A stretch of 64,000 bases of DNA from Parachlamydiales bacterium (GTDB taxonomy: Bacteria > Chlamydiota > Chlamydiia > Chlamydiales > Parachlamydiaceae): NCBI GenBank assembly GCA_020051075.1, contig JAGVJP010000012.1, forward strand, positions 9,575 through 73,574, read 5' to 3'. Below, in pieces: positions 10,401 to 19,847 of this stretch. Position 1 is the stretch's first letter. Every line of letters starts with the position of its first letter. The notes beneath the pieces are model-generated. The model made no database searches. It saw only the letters and a list, made by a program, of their open reading frames with translations, and was not told the origin of the DNA. The translations under genes were made by a program, and so were the position numbers.

Positions 10401-10972
10401 ACGCGAGAAAGATTGATCTCCGACTGCTCCAGCCGTTTTAAAGCCTCTTTTTTTCTTTGAAGAAACCGGAGTATCCCTGCTGCCTCCTCAAAGATGTATC
10501 TCCGCTCCATTGGTGAATAGTTGATCACTTGATCGAGCTTCCCTTGTTCGAAGATAGAAAAGGCGTTGCGGCCGATTCCTGAATCGAGGAAGAGGGATTG
10601 GAGATCTTTCAGCCGAACAGAGTTTCCATTGATGAAATACTCTGATTCACCGCTTCGATGGAGCCGGCGAGTCAGGGTAACTTCTTCATAATCGACGGGG
10701 AGCGAGCCTTGTATGTCTGTTAAGGTCAGTGAGACTTCTGCATAATTGAGGGGTTTTCGGTGGTTTGTTCCTGCAAAAATCACATCGGGCATCTTAGCTC
10801 CGCGAAGAGATTTTGCTGACTGCTCTCCTAAAACCCAGCGGAAGGCGTCGGCGATGTTGGACTTCCCACACCCGTTAGGTCCGACAATACAGGTCAATCC
10901 CGCATCAAAGTGAAACGTGGTTTTATCTGCAAATGACTTAAACCCAAAAATGGTGATTTTCTTTAAACGCAC
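7421..10972 (-). CDS. smc: chromosome segregation protein SMC
   Basis: 1,183 aa. N-terminal FKSFADKT...IVGPNGCGKSNI Walker A head, long coiled coils, central hinge. C-terminal LSGGEK signature and FCILDEIDAPLD Walker B. Confidence 0.95.
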   Translation of the reverse strand: MRLKKITIFGFKSFADKTTFHFDAGLTCIVGPNGCGKSNIADAFRWVLGEQSAKSLRGAKMPDVIFAGTNHRKPLNYAEVSLTLTDIQGSLPVDYEEVTLTRRLHRSGESEYFINGNSVRLKDLQSLFLDSGIGRNAFSIFEQGKLDQVINYSPMERRYIFEEAAGILRFLQRKKEALKRLEQSEINLSRVADIHREVEKQIGTLEEQAQKARIYKENKNRLEIFEKTGFVLRWQGVEKKCSDLQKKKLSQEGRLEEAFAANETFESRVIEAKQLVQQHNEVLKAKTAEHLTMRGQFEMQTQECRSLQQRLRESEQREKRMKQEIEDLSVAKQARQAMLAEIEKKREALEGDWNQAESEWMSHQDKVRFKEKEVEVLRSDLAAKHHAHLKSMQIFNQLQSDLKQAEIRCENQEERSIQVSQRHQQLIQDQSLLSEKLKDRKQDLQEISNIVDQHKNHLKDIEEEIQQLNTDGEETQRALEKERGKAIEAKARQKVLIRLREEFEGFSPSSKLLLEEANTPQSILYSKLKPLYEYFPDSECNPEALAVILRAYTHTLVVEKEADLYLVLDFAEKKQLQDYSLVCLEWLSKDLISIDSLLSNALQGSVAASPLLKHFFHDVAMVESQEELFNAWTAKNCAEGWSSQGAYIDHRGVLFILKPNENHLFMREAELKQLEEELLIKEKSLLVLEEKIQQITSKRSNCQKERTELDKILRKDEMKLVEVNYSLQRTVSDLEKNQFEQTKCENESGKLQAEIVQQKEALVLLDQRKEEARLSFVRLQEELDVFQQELQRQEGALRIQQHEQKEKGAHYQQLANDRQQLLHRLNLLEEKEKDHDKHLKRILSEIADINDNQTALQKEEAAGQSRLKTLEEQLVSQSTDLGEFEKEGRVLSHLLQQSERQYAVCHEECKKIENEGFQLSMQLSNQEEALRIVADGLSERFNLTIQAALDLPLPIDRPLEDIEKQIRTLRQLLQDAGDVNMTAIEELEKHQVRSQFLKSQIEDLQSAKIELMDIIQQLDGESRKLFTETFEAVRQNFKKNFQILFNGGEADLQLTEKTDDILSAGIEISAKPPGKHMRSISLLSGGEKCLTAVALLFAIFEVKPAPFCILDEIDAPLDDTNIERFVNVVKHYTDRCQFIIITHNKRTMAIGDVLFGVTMEEKGVSKLLSLSFSHRGTPEASLI

Positions 10973-11053
10973 AACTTCCTCCAGGAAAAGCAGATCAAAA
11001 TGAAGGGGAGATTATACCCTGGTTGGGTGAATTTCTGCCATTTTCTTTTGAGG

Positions 11054-12265
11054 TCAATAGAGAAACCCAAAAAGGAAGAGTGGGATTTCCCCTTTCATGG
11101 GGTGAAGGATATCGTCCTTAACCAAATAGGCTGTTTCCAAAACACCCTTGAGTTGGTCTTTAGTTTTGTTCTTTCCTCCAATCTCAAATACAACGTCTGA
11201 TGTTCTGTAATCAGCCTGTTTGGAATAAAATAGTTCGATCCCAATATTCTGGAGAGATTGAACAAAAAATAGCCCTCTTATCATTTCTTTCGAGATCGAT
11301 TGACCTAGATATTGATGAAGTGTGTAAATCAAATTGGTATTATTGAGAATTATTTTCATGGGTTTGCGCAATCCAGGACTACCTCCTTCAAATGGCCGCA
11401 TCTCACGAATCAGACCCACAGAACCTAAGATCGTTAAATAATGTTCGACCGTTTTGTGATCGATCATCAAACTTTTAGCTAAATTGTGTACATTAAGATC
11501 TCCAGGAGGAATAGAGGCTAAATAAGATAGTATTTTTTTGAAATAGTGAAGATTGGGTGTTTTTAAATTATAAAAATTAGCGATATCTTCAAATATTGTT
11601 TTGTCGATCACTCTGGAAATTTTTTCATAGTAAGAATGAGGGTCTTCGAAAACAAAGGGGTAATATCCTTGTGTGAGATATTCCTCAAAGTGAGGAAGTA
11701 TTCTTTCGACCCCCTGCAATTTTTTCAGAGCTGTTTTAGGATCATCTAATATTTCTTGAAACGGGATGACTGGGAGTTTAAAGTTGAAAGCAAAGTTGAG
11801 ATATTCTCTGAAAGATAGTCCATGAAGTCTAAATAGTTTGGCTCGACGAGATAGATCATGGCTTCCCTCAATGAGATCGAGCATTGAGCTGCCTGAGAAG
11901 ATGATCTTTAAATTTGGAAAAGCATCATAGATATTTTTTAGTTCCTGATTCCATCCTTGGTATTTATGGATTTCATCGATGAATATAATCTGATATCCCT
12001 CGATGAGGTGAAGGTCGCTTACAAATTCAAGGAGTTTGGATTGTTGAAAATAAATCAAATCTGCAGAAAAATAAAAACATTTTGGATTTTGAAGAAGCTC
12101 GTTTTTAATATATTGCAGCATTAACGTTGTCTTTCCCACTCCTCTTGGGCCGATAAGCCCTGTCAGACGATTTGTTAAATTAAATGTCGAATAAAGATAT
12201 CTTGTATGAGTCAAGGAAATCCCCTCAACGAGACGGTGAAAAGTTTCTGAAATAAATCGAAACAT
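11054..12265 (-). CDS. AAA+ ATPase of the COG1373/DUF4143 type
   Basis: Walker A GPRGVGKTTL and Walker B IIFIDEIHKY. I place the start at the internal ATG (MFRFISETF, 12265). The ORF-track start at 12391 would overlap the snf2 3' end. Confidence 0.75.
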   Translation of the reverse strand: MFRFISETFHRLVEGISLTHTRYLYSTFNLTNRLTGLIGPRGVGKTTLMLQYIKNELLQNPKCFYFSADLIYFQQSKLLEFVSDLHLIEGYQIIFIDEIHKYQGWNQELKNIYDAFPNLKIIFSGSSMLDLIEGSHDLSRRAKLFRLHGLSFREYLNFAFNFKLPVIPFQEILDDPKTALKKLQGVERILPHFEEYLTQGYYPFVFEDPHSYYEKISRVIDKTIFEDIANFYNLKTPNLHYFKKILSYLASIPPGDLNVHNLAKSLMIDHKTVEHYLTILGSVGLIREMRPFEGGSPGLRKPMKIILNNTNLIYTLHQYLGQSISKEMIRGLFFVQSLQNIGIELFYSKQADYRTSDVVFEIGGKNKTKDQLKGVLETAYLVKDDILHPMKGEIPLFLFGFLY

Positions 12266-12344
12266 ATTTGGAATGGACTCCAGTATTTTGGCTAAAAATC
12301 TGGAGTATACTCCAAAAAAATCGGAAACGCAAGATAATTTGTTA

Positions 12345-15300
12345 CTATTCTTGCTGCAGTTCTGAGATCGACAGAAGCTGCATGAGGTCATCGCGTGAGA
12401 ACGTTTTTAATAGGTTTTGATCATCGACACCGATGATGTCTTCCATGAGCCGCCCCTTTCTTAAGATCATCTGATCGATTTTCTCTTCGAAGGTGTCTTT
12501 GCTTACGAGTTTAAACACTTGCACCCCGCGCGTTTGGCCGATGCGATGAACACGGTCAGTCGCTTGATTTTCCCTTGCAGCATTCCACCAGCGGTCGTAG
12601 TGGATCACAACAGAACCTGCGGTGAGGTCGATGCCAAGCCCTGCCGCTTGCAGAGACCCGACGAAGACTTCGCAGGAAGCTTCTTGATTAAACTTCTGCA
12701 GCTGTTCTTTGCGGTTAGTTGTAGAACCTCGCAGAGAGGCGAAGCCAATTTTATGTTCTGTTAAGTATGCCTCAATGATGTCAAGCATCCCCAAATATTG
12801 GGAGAAGACGACAACTTTTTGTTTGCTCTGTTGAGCCTCGCTGAGGAGTTCAACGAATAGATTCCATTTGCCAGATGAAAAATTTTTGTATTGATCAACC
12901 TTCTTTAAGTAGACAGCGGGATGGTCGCAAATTTGCTTGAGGCTGGATAACAAAGCAAAAATATGCATGTAAGGGATAGGCGAAGCTGCATCTTGTAAGT
13001 TTTCGATGAGATGCCTTCGCCGCATTTCAAGCACTTCTCGATAGAGTTGATGCTGTTCTTGAGTCAGATCGCAGTAAGACACCTCTTCAGTTTTTTCCGG
13101 AAGGTCTTTCAAGACATCGCTTTTCTTTCTCCGCAGGGTGAATGGATGGATCAAGCGGTTAAGGATGACCTTGCGGTTTTCATTGTACTCCTTCTCAATA
13201 GGTTTGATGAAGAGTTCCCGGTACTCTTTTTCTCCGGGAAAGTAATTTGGGAGGACAATATCAAAAAGCGACTTCAACTCTCGCAAATAGTTTTCAATCG
13301 GAGTACCCGTCAACCCGACCTTCATTCTGACATTCACCCTTTTCAATGCAGCATAAATGCGGCTGGATTGGTTTTTAGCGATTTGTATTTCATCAAAAAT
13401 CGCTGCTTCGAAAGTGAGTTTGGAAATCGAGTCGCTTTCGTTGCGCAAGACTCCATAAGAGGTCAGGAGAACATCATATTCTTCGTGGAAATCTTCTAAA
13501 CGTCTCTTTGTTCCGTGGAATGTGCAAACATTCAAACTAGGGAGAAATTGTTTGAGTTTATCTTCCCAGTGATAAATCACTGAGGTTGGACAGACGATTA
13601 AGAAATGAAACGGCATCCCTTCAGCGTAGGTGTGGAAAAAATTGGCGATGCTTGTGAGAAGAGCCATCGCTTGGTGCGTTTTCCCCAATCCCATATCGTC
13701 GCATAGCAATCCAGACAGCTGCTGCCGATAGAGAAACCAAAGCCATTGCAACCCGATCTCCTGATATGGACGCAGATGGCTCTGCAATCCTGTAATGTCA
13801 GGTTGATCGGGAGTGCGCAATTGGGTCAGGTTATTGAGGACCTCAATGGTAGAGGCGGAGACATCTCCTTCGGCTTGTGTTGGATAGGAGATGGGATCAA
13901 AAGCATTGAGTCGCATGAATTCGAGTGTAGAGAGGAGAATCGTCTCATTTTTTTTGTCGAAGCGGTCTTTAAGCAACCCTCTCAGCCAATCAAAACGACT
14001 ATCAGAGACGTTGAGCAACCCTGCTTCAGTGAAAGCAAAAGGGAACTTCTTGTTTATCCTTTGTTTAAGAGTCAATGCTGAGACTGTTCCTAACTCTGTG
14101 TTGTAAAAGATTTTAAAGCGATACCATCCACGCCCTCTATCATCAGCCGGTTCAGCAAACGTTGTGGTGAGTTGTAAAGATTGGGGTTTCATGAGTTGAG
14201 GGTCTATGCGGAGAGAATATTCTTTTAATTGATCAATTTCATATTGAAGAAACAGCTGTACTTCCTCTCCTTCTATGATAGAGGTGTGTCTGAATTTCTC
14301 AGGGAGGCGTAAGTGTGGGGGAAGCTCTGAGAATCCTTCCCCAGCTACGTAGACGTAGTCATCGAAGACGTCAATGGATTTCTCTTGATATTCAGGAAGG
14401 AGATCAAAGACAGGAGAGATCTTGAGTTTGATTTTCTCAACCAGTTCGACTTGCAAAGTGATTTTCTTGATGGGGCATTTAGAACTGAAAAATCGAGAAA
14501 TTAAAGAGAGCTCCTCCTGGTTGATATGGATGAACAGAGGAATCTGTTCTGGACTGATTGAGAGGTTACCTTTGAGGAGGTAGTTGAAGGATCCCGCTGT
14601 TTTAGAATAGAATCCATGTTCTCCTAGATAAATCCATGCCCCAAAATCTTGAAGGTGGCTGCTCTCTTCGGAGTCAGCAAGCACGCGCGTGAAGGTCAAT
14701 CGCTTCTGAGGACTGACTTGGTAGGTCATTTGATATTCGATGCTTCTCAGGTGAGTGTGGAATCCTTCTATCGTATTTAGCCATAAACGGTTTTGAGTGA
14801 CGAATTCGGATACTTTTTGAATAGGGATCACCGTTTCAACTTCTTCAAAGCGGACATTGTCAAGTGGATAAAATCCATCGCTATCTAAATAAGCCCATTT
14901 GCCAATGAGCCACGAGTCTCCGGAGGAGAGGTCGCCAGGTTCGAATAGGTATGCTTCGACATGTAGATTCCAATGCTCATCAAAATGAAGATGGTAAGAC
15001 AAAGGGATTTCATCTCGATAGAGCGTGCAGTTAGACAATAGGCTGGCGATGAGGCGTGGGTACTCTGTCAACACATAAGCGATTTCGTCTCCATAGATCT
15101 CTTGATTTTGTAGCAGGTCGTGTTGGTTTTCGGCATAGAATCCTACCCCTGGAACATAGACCCAACCGTTTATTTTGATCGTTTGGGCTAATTTTGTCTT
15201 AGAAGGCTGATAAGTTTTTCGATTTTTTATGGGGTGGACGTGTAAAACATGACTCTTTTTATCATAAGAGATGCTTTCAATGTTTGTTTGGATGTTGTTG

Positions 15301-16109
15301 TGGACCTTGAGTGGAGAAGATACGGTTGAAAGAGACTCGACAATCAGCGGGAGATTTGCTTCGGAGAGATAAAATCCTACTTTAAGATCGGAAAAATCGA
15401 TTTGGATCCAATTTGGGAGGTCAGTTTTAGCATATTGAAAAGAGATGGCATAGAGTTCACCAGCTTCCTGTTTCTTCATGAGCCATTTTGCGATGTCGCA
15501 CCAGAATGAAAGTTGATAACGGAGCTGGGGATTGGGCTTTCCTTGACGCCAAGAGAGGATTTCTTCGGAAGATAAATTTGAAAACTTCAAAGAGGTCTCT
15601 TCAGTTTCAGTCTGTCTGTCATGAAGGATCTGCTTGATTTCTTGTTCTGCCTCAGCTGTTGTGGGGTTAAGAGAAAAGATCACTTTCCCCATTTTCGAGT
15701 GGCAGGAATAGCCACTTTGGCTCGATTTTTGGAGAATGTCCAGCCTGTCGCCCAAGCGGTCTTCGAAGAGGGAACAGAGGGTATTCCATAATGAGCGACT
15801 AAAACGCTGATGGAGTGGGTGTTCAGATTTGTGAAATAAGCTCAAATAGGCGATTGCCAGGTGTAAGCAGCCCAAGGTGTCGTGGATCTCTTCTTTAGAG
15901 CAGAAGGCATCTTTGATTTCTCCTTGGTTTTTTAGCTGTAGAAATACCCAGAACTCTTCGTGAGAGGCAGGATCTTCGATCAATATTTGATAAGTCGGAC
16001 CTGAAAACTCTATATCTTTGACCAGTCCATCTTCAATCGCTTTTTCAGCGTCGCGGTGGAATGGGAGCAGATAATCCGGAAGAGATACACTCACAAAATC
16101 GATCTCCAA
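12345..16109 (-). CDS. SWI2/SNF2-family helicase with long N-terminal extension
   Basis: 1,254 aa. Helicase motif I DDMGLGKTHQ, motif II FDEIQIAKN, C-terminal HYDRWWNAARENQATDRVHRIGQ. About 750 aa of N-terminal region with a degenerate SWIM-like CSK...GCLH. Confidence 0.9.
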   Translation of the reverse strand: MEIDFVSVSLPDYLLPFHRDAEKAIEDGLVKDIEFSGPTYQILIEDPASHEEFWVFLQLKNQGEIKDAFCSKEEIHDTLGCLHLAIAYLSLFHKSEHPLHQRFSRSLWNTLCSLFEDRLGDRLDILQKSSQSGYSCHSKMGKVIFSLNPTTAEAEQEIKQILHDRQTETEETSLKFSNLSSEEILSWRQGKPNPQLRYQLSFWCDIAKWLMKKQEAGELYAISFQYAKTDLPNWIQIDFSDLKVGFYLSEANLPLIVESLSTVSSPLKVHNNIQTNIESISYDKKSHVLHVHPIKNRKTYQPSKTKLAQTIKINGWVYVPGVGFYAENQHDLLQNQEIYGDEIAYVLTEYPRLIASLLSNCTLYRDEIPLSYHLHFDEHWNLHVEAYLFEPGDLSSGDSWLIGKWAYLDSDGFYPLDNVRFEEVETVIPIQKVSEFVTQNRLWLNTIEGFHTHLRSIEYQMTYQVSPQKRLTFTRVLADSEESSHLQDFGAWIYLGEHGFYSKTAGSFNYLLKGNLSISPEQIPLFIHINQEELSLISRFFSSKCPIKKITLQVELVEKIKLKISPVFDLLPEYQEKSIDVFDDYVYVAGEGFSELPPHLRLPEKFRHTSIIEGEEVQLFLQYEIDQLKEYSLRIDPQLMKPQSLQLTTTFAEPADDRGRGWYRFKIFYNTELGTVSALTLKQRINKKFPFAFTEAGLLNVSDSRFDWLRGLLKDRFDKKNETILLSTLEFMRLNAFDPISYPTQAEGDVSASTIEVLNNLTQLRTPDQPDITGLQSHLRPYQEIGLQWLWFLYRQQLSGLLCDDMGLGKTHQAMALLTSIANFFHTYAEGMPFHFLIVCPTSVIYHWEDKLKQFLPSLNVCTFHGTKRRLEDFHEEYDVLLTSYGVLRNESDSISKLTFEAAIFDEIQIAKNQSSRIYAALKRVNVRMKVGLTGTPIENYLRELKSLFDIVLPNYFPGEKEYRELFIKPIEKEYNENRKVILNRLIHPFTLRRKKSDVLKDLPEKTEEVSYCDLTQEQHQLYREVLEMRRRHLIENLQDAASPIPYMHIFALLSSLKQICDHPAVYLKKVDQYKNFSSGKWNLFVELLSEAQQSKQKVVVFSQYLGMLDIIEAYLTEHKIGFASLRGSTTNRKEQLQKFNQEASCEVFVGSLQAAGLGIDLTAGSVVIHYDRWWNAARENQATDRVHRIGQTRGVQVFKLVSKDTFEEKIDQMILRKGRLMEDIIGVDDQNLLKTFSRDDLMQLLSISELQQE

Positions 16110-16178
16110 AATTAATAACGAAAAGGGAAAGGGGTTCTTGGAAGAATAGCATTTTGTGCGATTAAATCTCTAATAAAA

Positions 16179-17384
16179 CTAATTTACCCGAAGCCAGTTA
16201 TCTAATGCCGCACGGTGTCCTGCCTGCGCACTGGGCTCATTAGGAGAAGAGGGCCGTGCAGCGCCATACCACAGTTCACCACGATCTTCTGGGATTTCGA
16301 ACCCTTCTGGGAGGTTTCCGTTAGTACTGAAATCAACATCCTCTAAAATTCTCTTACCTACAGAGTGGTGTATATGCTCCACATCAACTTCCAAATGGGT
16401 AAATCGATAGAAATTCGGTTGATTGTTGATGACTTCTTGAGTAATGGTAGGAGTGATGTCTTGAGCTCCTTTGACAATCATGCATCGTCCTCTGAGCTCG
16501 GGGAGCCGAGATAACGTGTCAAATTTTGTGATGCGGTTATACACGGCTTGTGCAATGCGACGGAGGAATTTAAAGATTCTCATCTCTTTCAGACGGACAT
16601 TGGCAACGTCCGATGCTTTAGTGAAGGTTCGGTCAAGGACGATGTCAACGTTACGTTCTGTTGCCAGATAGGCTGCTGCAGCACCCCCTAAGGAGTAGCC
16701 GATGGCTTTGGTTCTAGCTGGTGGGATGCCTCTCGTTCCTGCTTGTCGTTGCATTTCGTCGAAAGCATTCACCGTATCTTCATAGACATGGTGTTCTGTA
16801 CGGCTGCCTTCACTTCGACCGAAACCAGAGTAATTAAACACCATCACATCGTGTCCCATTTCTGTTAAAGATTGAATCATGGGCAAAGCATAATTTTCGT
16901 AAGACTGATGGCTTCCCGTGCAGAGAAGGATCGCTTGTTTTGTGCTTGCTTCCGAGGCTGACCTCGGATGTGTGCTGCTAAAATAAATTCCTTCCAACGC
17001 CCTTGCTGGGGTTCCACTGGAAAATTGAATTTCAGAGGCTTCCCAATGGAAGAAATTTTGATTGATTCGAAGACCTAAGGTTTCAATAGGATCTAACATG
17101 ATGCTGCGAATATAGTTGTTGCGCTGGCGAGCTGTTTCATCACCGATCGCCACCCGATTGGTAATTCTCTCGAGGAAGCTCATGAATTTCCCTCTCGGGG
17201 ATACGCGTGTGGTGTGAAGTTGCCGAGGCTGAACAGCTGCTGGTTGTTCGTTTATTTGAAGTGCTGCTTGCCCGATTAGGGGGATATTCGCTTCAATAGT
17301 TGGTGTGGTTCTGGGATGAGTGTCATCTGGCGTTAGGGGGGATGTTGTCACCGGTGGATTAATATTATTACTATCTGTTTGCAT
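16179..17384 (-). CDS. alpha/beta-fold hydrolase with disordered Pro/Thr-rich N-terminus
   Basis: Nucleophile elbow GYSLGGAAAA, upstream FNYSGFGRSEG, about 70 aa low-complexity N-terminus. AT-rich 5' flank. Confidence 0.7.
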   Translation of the reverse strand: MQTDSNNINPPVTTSPLTPDDTHPRTTPTIEANIPLIGQAALQINEQPAAVQPRQLHTTRVSPRGKFMSFLERITNRVAIGDETARQRNNYIRSIMLDPIETLGLRINQNFFHWEASEIQFSSGTPARALEGIYFSSTHPRSASEASTKQAILLCTGSHQSYENYALPMIQSLTEMGHDVMVFNYSGFGRSEGSRTEHHVYEDTVNAFDEMQRQAGTRGIPPARTKAIGYSLGGAAAAYLATERNVDIVLDRTFTKASDVANVRLKEMRIFKFLRRIAQAVYNRITKFDTLSRLPELRGRCMIVKGAQDITPTITQEVINNQPNFYRFTHLEVDVEHIHHSVGKRILEDVDFSTNGNLPEGFEIPEDRGELWYGAARPSSPNEPSAQAGHRAALDNWLRVN

Positions 17385-17721
17385 ATAAAACCAATAACTA
17401 TGTGTTTGTTTAAATATTACATAGTAATTATATATTATAAGTTGTTAATTTATAATTAAGAAAGTGTTGTGTTATATAAATAAAAACATCTTAGCGAATT
17501 GGTTCGTTGCAAAAGCGGAAGATGACTGAGTAACACACTATCCTCCCCATCCTGTCAATTTTACAGAATGGGATGGTTGGGAAATTGCTTTAGCCAGTGT
17601 TACTTTATGAGTGACGATGTCGTTTGGATGCTCCAAAGGCTTAGCGAAGCCACATTTGGGTTAAGAGAACGTTTGAAGTGGGGGAATTCTCTTATCCGCG
17701 GCATAGGAAAATATTGACATG

Positions 17722-17753
17722 AAAAAAGCCCTCTCAGTTTACCGAGAGGGCTT
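17722..17753 (-). terminator. rho-independent terminator of the Pmp-like gene
   Basis: On the minus strand, a 10-bp GC-rich stem (aagccctctc / gagagggctt) is followed by TTTTTT, 32 nt after the stop. Confidence 0.75.
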
Positions 17754-17784
17754 GTTGTATAGAAGATAATTCGATGAATTCTTA

Positions 17785-19449
17785 CTATTTTACGAAGGGA
17801 CTTGTCGAATCGCCATTGATGATCGAATTGATCGCATAGATCGAGTTACCTAACGAGGCTCGATTGCGTATGAAACGATCTTTCTCAAGAGTTGCAGTGG
17901 TAAGATTAAGATAAATTGCTCCACCATTGAGACCAGCTTGATTGGATGCAAAAGTCGATCTTTCAGCAACCAAGACAGTGCTATCCACTGTGATAGGCAA
18001 GGGTGTTGGGAAAGGGTAAGTGCTTGGTAAAGAAGCAATAGCCCCACCGTTTTCTGTGTTAGAACGATTTTTTCTGAAAATGCTTCTAGTGACTTTTGTT
18101 TCTGCAATGAAGCCATCAGCTCCGCTGCCGATGATATTTTCACCTGCTGAGTTTCCGTTCAAGATTGCGCCACCAGGACTATTTTGAGCTTCATTCCCAA
18201 TGAATCTGGATCTGTACACATCAAGGTAGCCATTGGTATAGACAGCGATGGCCCCTCCACCAAATGGGAAGTCAATCCCAGAAAGCACTGGTCCTCCAAA
18301 CAGGATATCATGTAAAAATTTATTGCCTCGAGCCTCATTTTGGATAAATTTACACTTTGTGATTGTTGTTGTAAAGGGTGTAAATTGACTTTGAGCAAAG
18401 GCCGTAACAAAGGTGTTTACGACGTTTGTTGTTGATAAAGCACCACCTGCAACAGAAGCAAAATTCTCTTCAAAAGAGGAATTTAAGACATTCACTTTTA
18501 AACTATCTATTGCTACAGCCCCGCCAACTTGAGCAGAATTAGATTTGAATGTACATCCTTTAATTTCTGCAAAAGATTCGCTATGCCCTATAGAGCCTTC
18601 AGCCACAACAGCCCCTCCAAAAAGAGTTGCGTGATTTCCTTCAAAGAAGCTTGATTCGATGGTTGCGGTGTGTGGAGAAGTTTCAAATGAATTTAAGACT
18701 TGAATAGCACCTCCATTTGGGCCTGAAGTGGAGTTGCTGATAAATCGAGATTTTTCAATATGCACCACTGAATTGTTGGAAAATAAAGCCCCACCAAAAT
18801 CCGCTGCTTTGTTATTTATGAACAGAACATTTCTGATTCTAACCTTGGAATCAAAAATAGCGTAGACACCACCGCCACTGGAATGATCAAAAGTGAATGG
18901 GGAAAAGAGAGGATTAGATCCTATCGGTCCATTGGCATTGCCTTCATTGATGACCAATCCATCTAGTTTGACGTTGACTCCAGTTTGAGTAATGTCATTT
19001 CCTAAGGTCACAACGTGCCAACTTGTGCTGCCTCCGTTCAATACCGTTTGGTTCTTCTTTGGGTTACGTTGTCTTAAATTCGTTTCCGTTCCGTTGAAGC
19101 CACCAAAAATGGAAACGTTATTAGGAATGTCGAATGTCACTAAGCCAGGGTTAGAAAGACCGAGAGCACCTCCCACAACTCCGCTTGGTGAATAGATTAC
19201 TGATGGGAAGTAGCTCCCCTTGGCCACCCAAATTGAATGGCATCTGGAGGAAGAGATTGCTGCTTCGTCAAGAGCGCTCTGGAGGCTTACAAAAGCTGTA
19301 TTCCATGATGTGCCATCTTGGACTGGATTCAAGTTATTTACATTGACATAGATCACTTCAGCTTTTGCTGACCCAGCAACAAACAGCATTCCAAGAAAGA
19401 GCATAAAGGTCAAGAGGCCCCGCATTCTAGTGGGGAGTAAATTTCTCAT
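17785..19449 (-). CDS. polymorphic-membrane-protein (Pmp)-like beta-helix repeat protein, no autotransporter barrel
   Basis: About 10 GGA[ILV] motifs and about 10 FxxN motifs (FISNST, FEGNHA, FKSNSA, FIGNEA, FASNQA...). Signal peptide MRNLLPTRMRGLLTFMLFLGMLFVAGSAKA if the start is the ATG at 19449 (ORF track starts at 19518). Confidence 0.8.
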   Translation of the reverse strand: MRNLLPTRMRGLLTFMLFLGMLFVAGSAKAEVIYVNVNNLNPVQDGTSWNTAFVSLQSALDEAAISSSRCHSIWVAKGSYFPSVIYSPSGVVGGALGLSNPGLVTFDIPNNVSIFGGFNGTETNLRQRNPKKNQTVLNGGSTSWHVVTLGNDITQTGVNVKLDGLVINEGNANGPIGSNPLFSPFTFDHSSGGGVYAIFDSKVRIRNVLFINNKAADFGGALFSNNSVVHIEKSRFISNSTSGPNGGAIQVLNSFETSPHTATIESSFFEGNHATLFGGAVVAEGSIGHSESFAEIKGCTFKSNSAQVGGAVAIDSLKVNVLNSSFEENFASVAGGALSTTNVVNTFVTAFAQSQFTPFTTTITKCKFIQNEARGNKFLHDILFGGPVLSGIDFPFGGGAIAVYTNGYLDVYRSRFIGNEAQNSPGGAILNGNSAGENIIGSGADGFIAETKVTRSIFRKNRSNTENGGAIASLPSTYPFPTPLPITVDSTVLVAERSTFASNQAGLNGGAIYLNLTTATLEKDRFIRNRASLGNSIYAINSIINGDSTSPFVK

Positions 19450-19847
19450 GTAAACGCCAAAATCAGATAGGTTAAAAAACTTCTGGCCCTGGCTCGATTC
19501 GTAGCAATTTTTTCTCATAAAAATGTCCTAACTATTCGCGTTAATAAACAAAGAAACTCTCTTCGTTCAGTTGATGATCCAATGAACGTTTCATAGGATG
19601 TATGCTGGATGAATAATAGAGTTCGTTGGTTAAAGTCAAATAAAATTTTTAACCCTTTCCTTTAGGTCCCTTGTCCTTTCTATAAAGTTCGCTTAACCTG
19701 TTTTTTTTGAAATGAGTGACGAGGGGCGTGGGCTTTTCTACATCATAGTAGCTGGATTACCTTCTTCGTTATGGATGATTACCTCCAAATAGCTGTAGAG
19801 CTTCTAACCCAAATGATGGCTAGGAAGTTATTTATTGTCTGTAGATA

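Noticed and set aside
12266-12391. A 42-codon N-terminal extension of the AAA+ ATPase ORF (MTSCSFCRSQNCSK...).
   Set aside because: It overlaps the 3' end of snf2 and is Cys/Ser-rich junk-like sequence. The family N-terminus aligns with the internal ATG at 12265.
17590-19847. Possible inverted or direct repeats flanking the Pmp-like gene: cttagcgaagccacatttgggttaagag at ~17637 versus the complement of cttctaacccaaatgatggctagg at ~19803, and atgagtgacga at 17612 and 19712. This suggested a mobile cassette.
   Set aside because: The matches are short (11-25 nt), imperfect and in mixed orientation. I could not define termini or target duplications. They are more likely additional small repeat modules.
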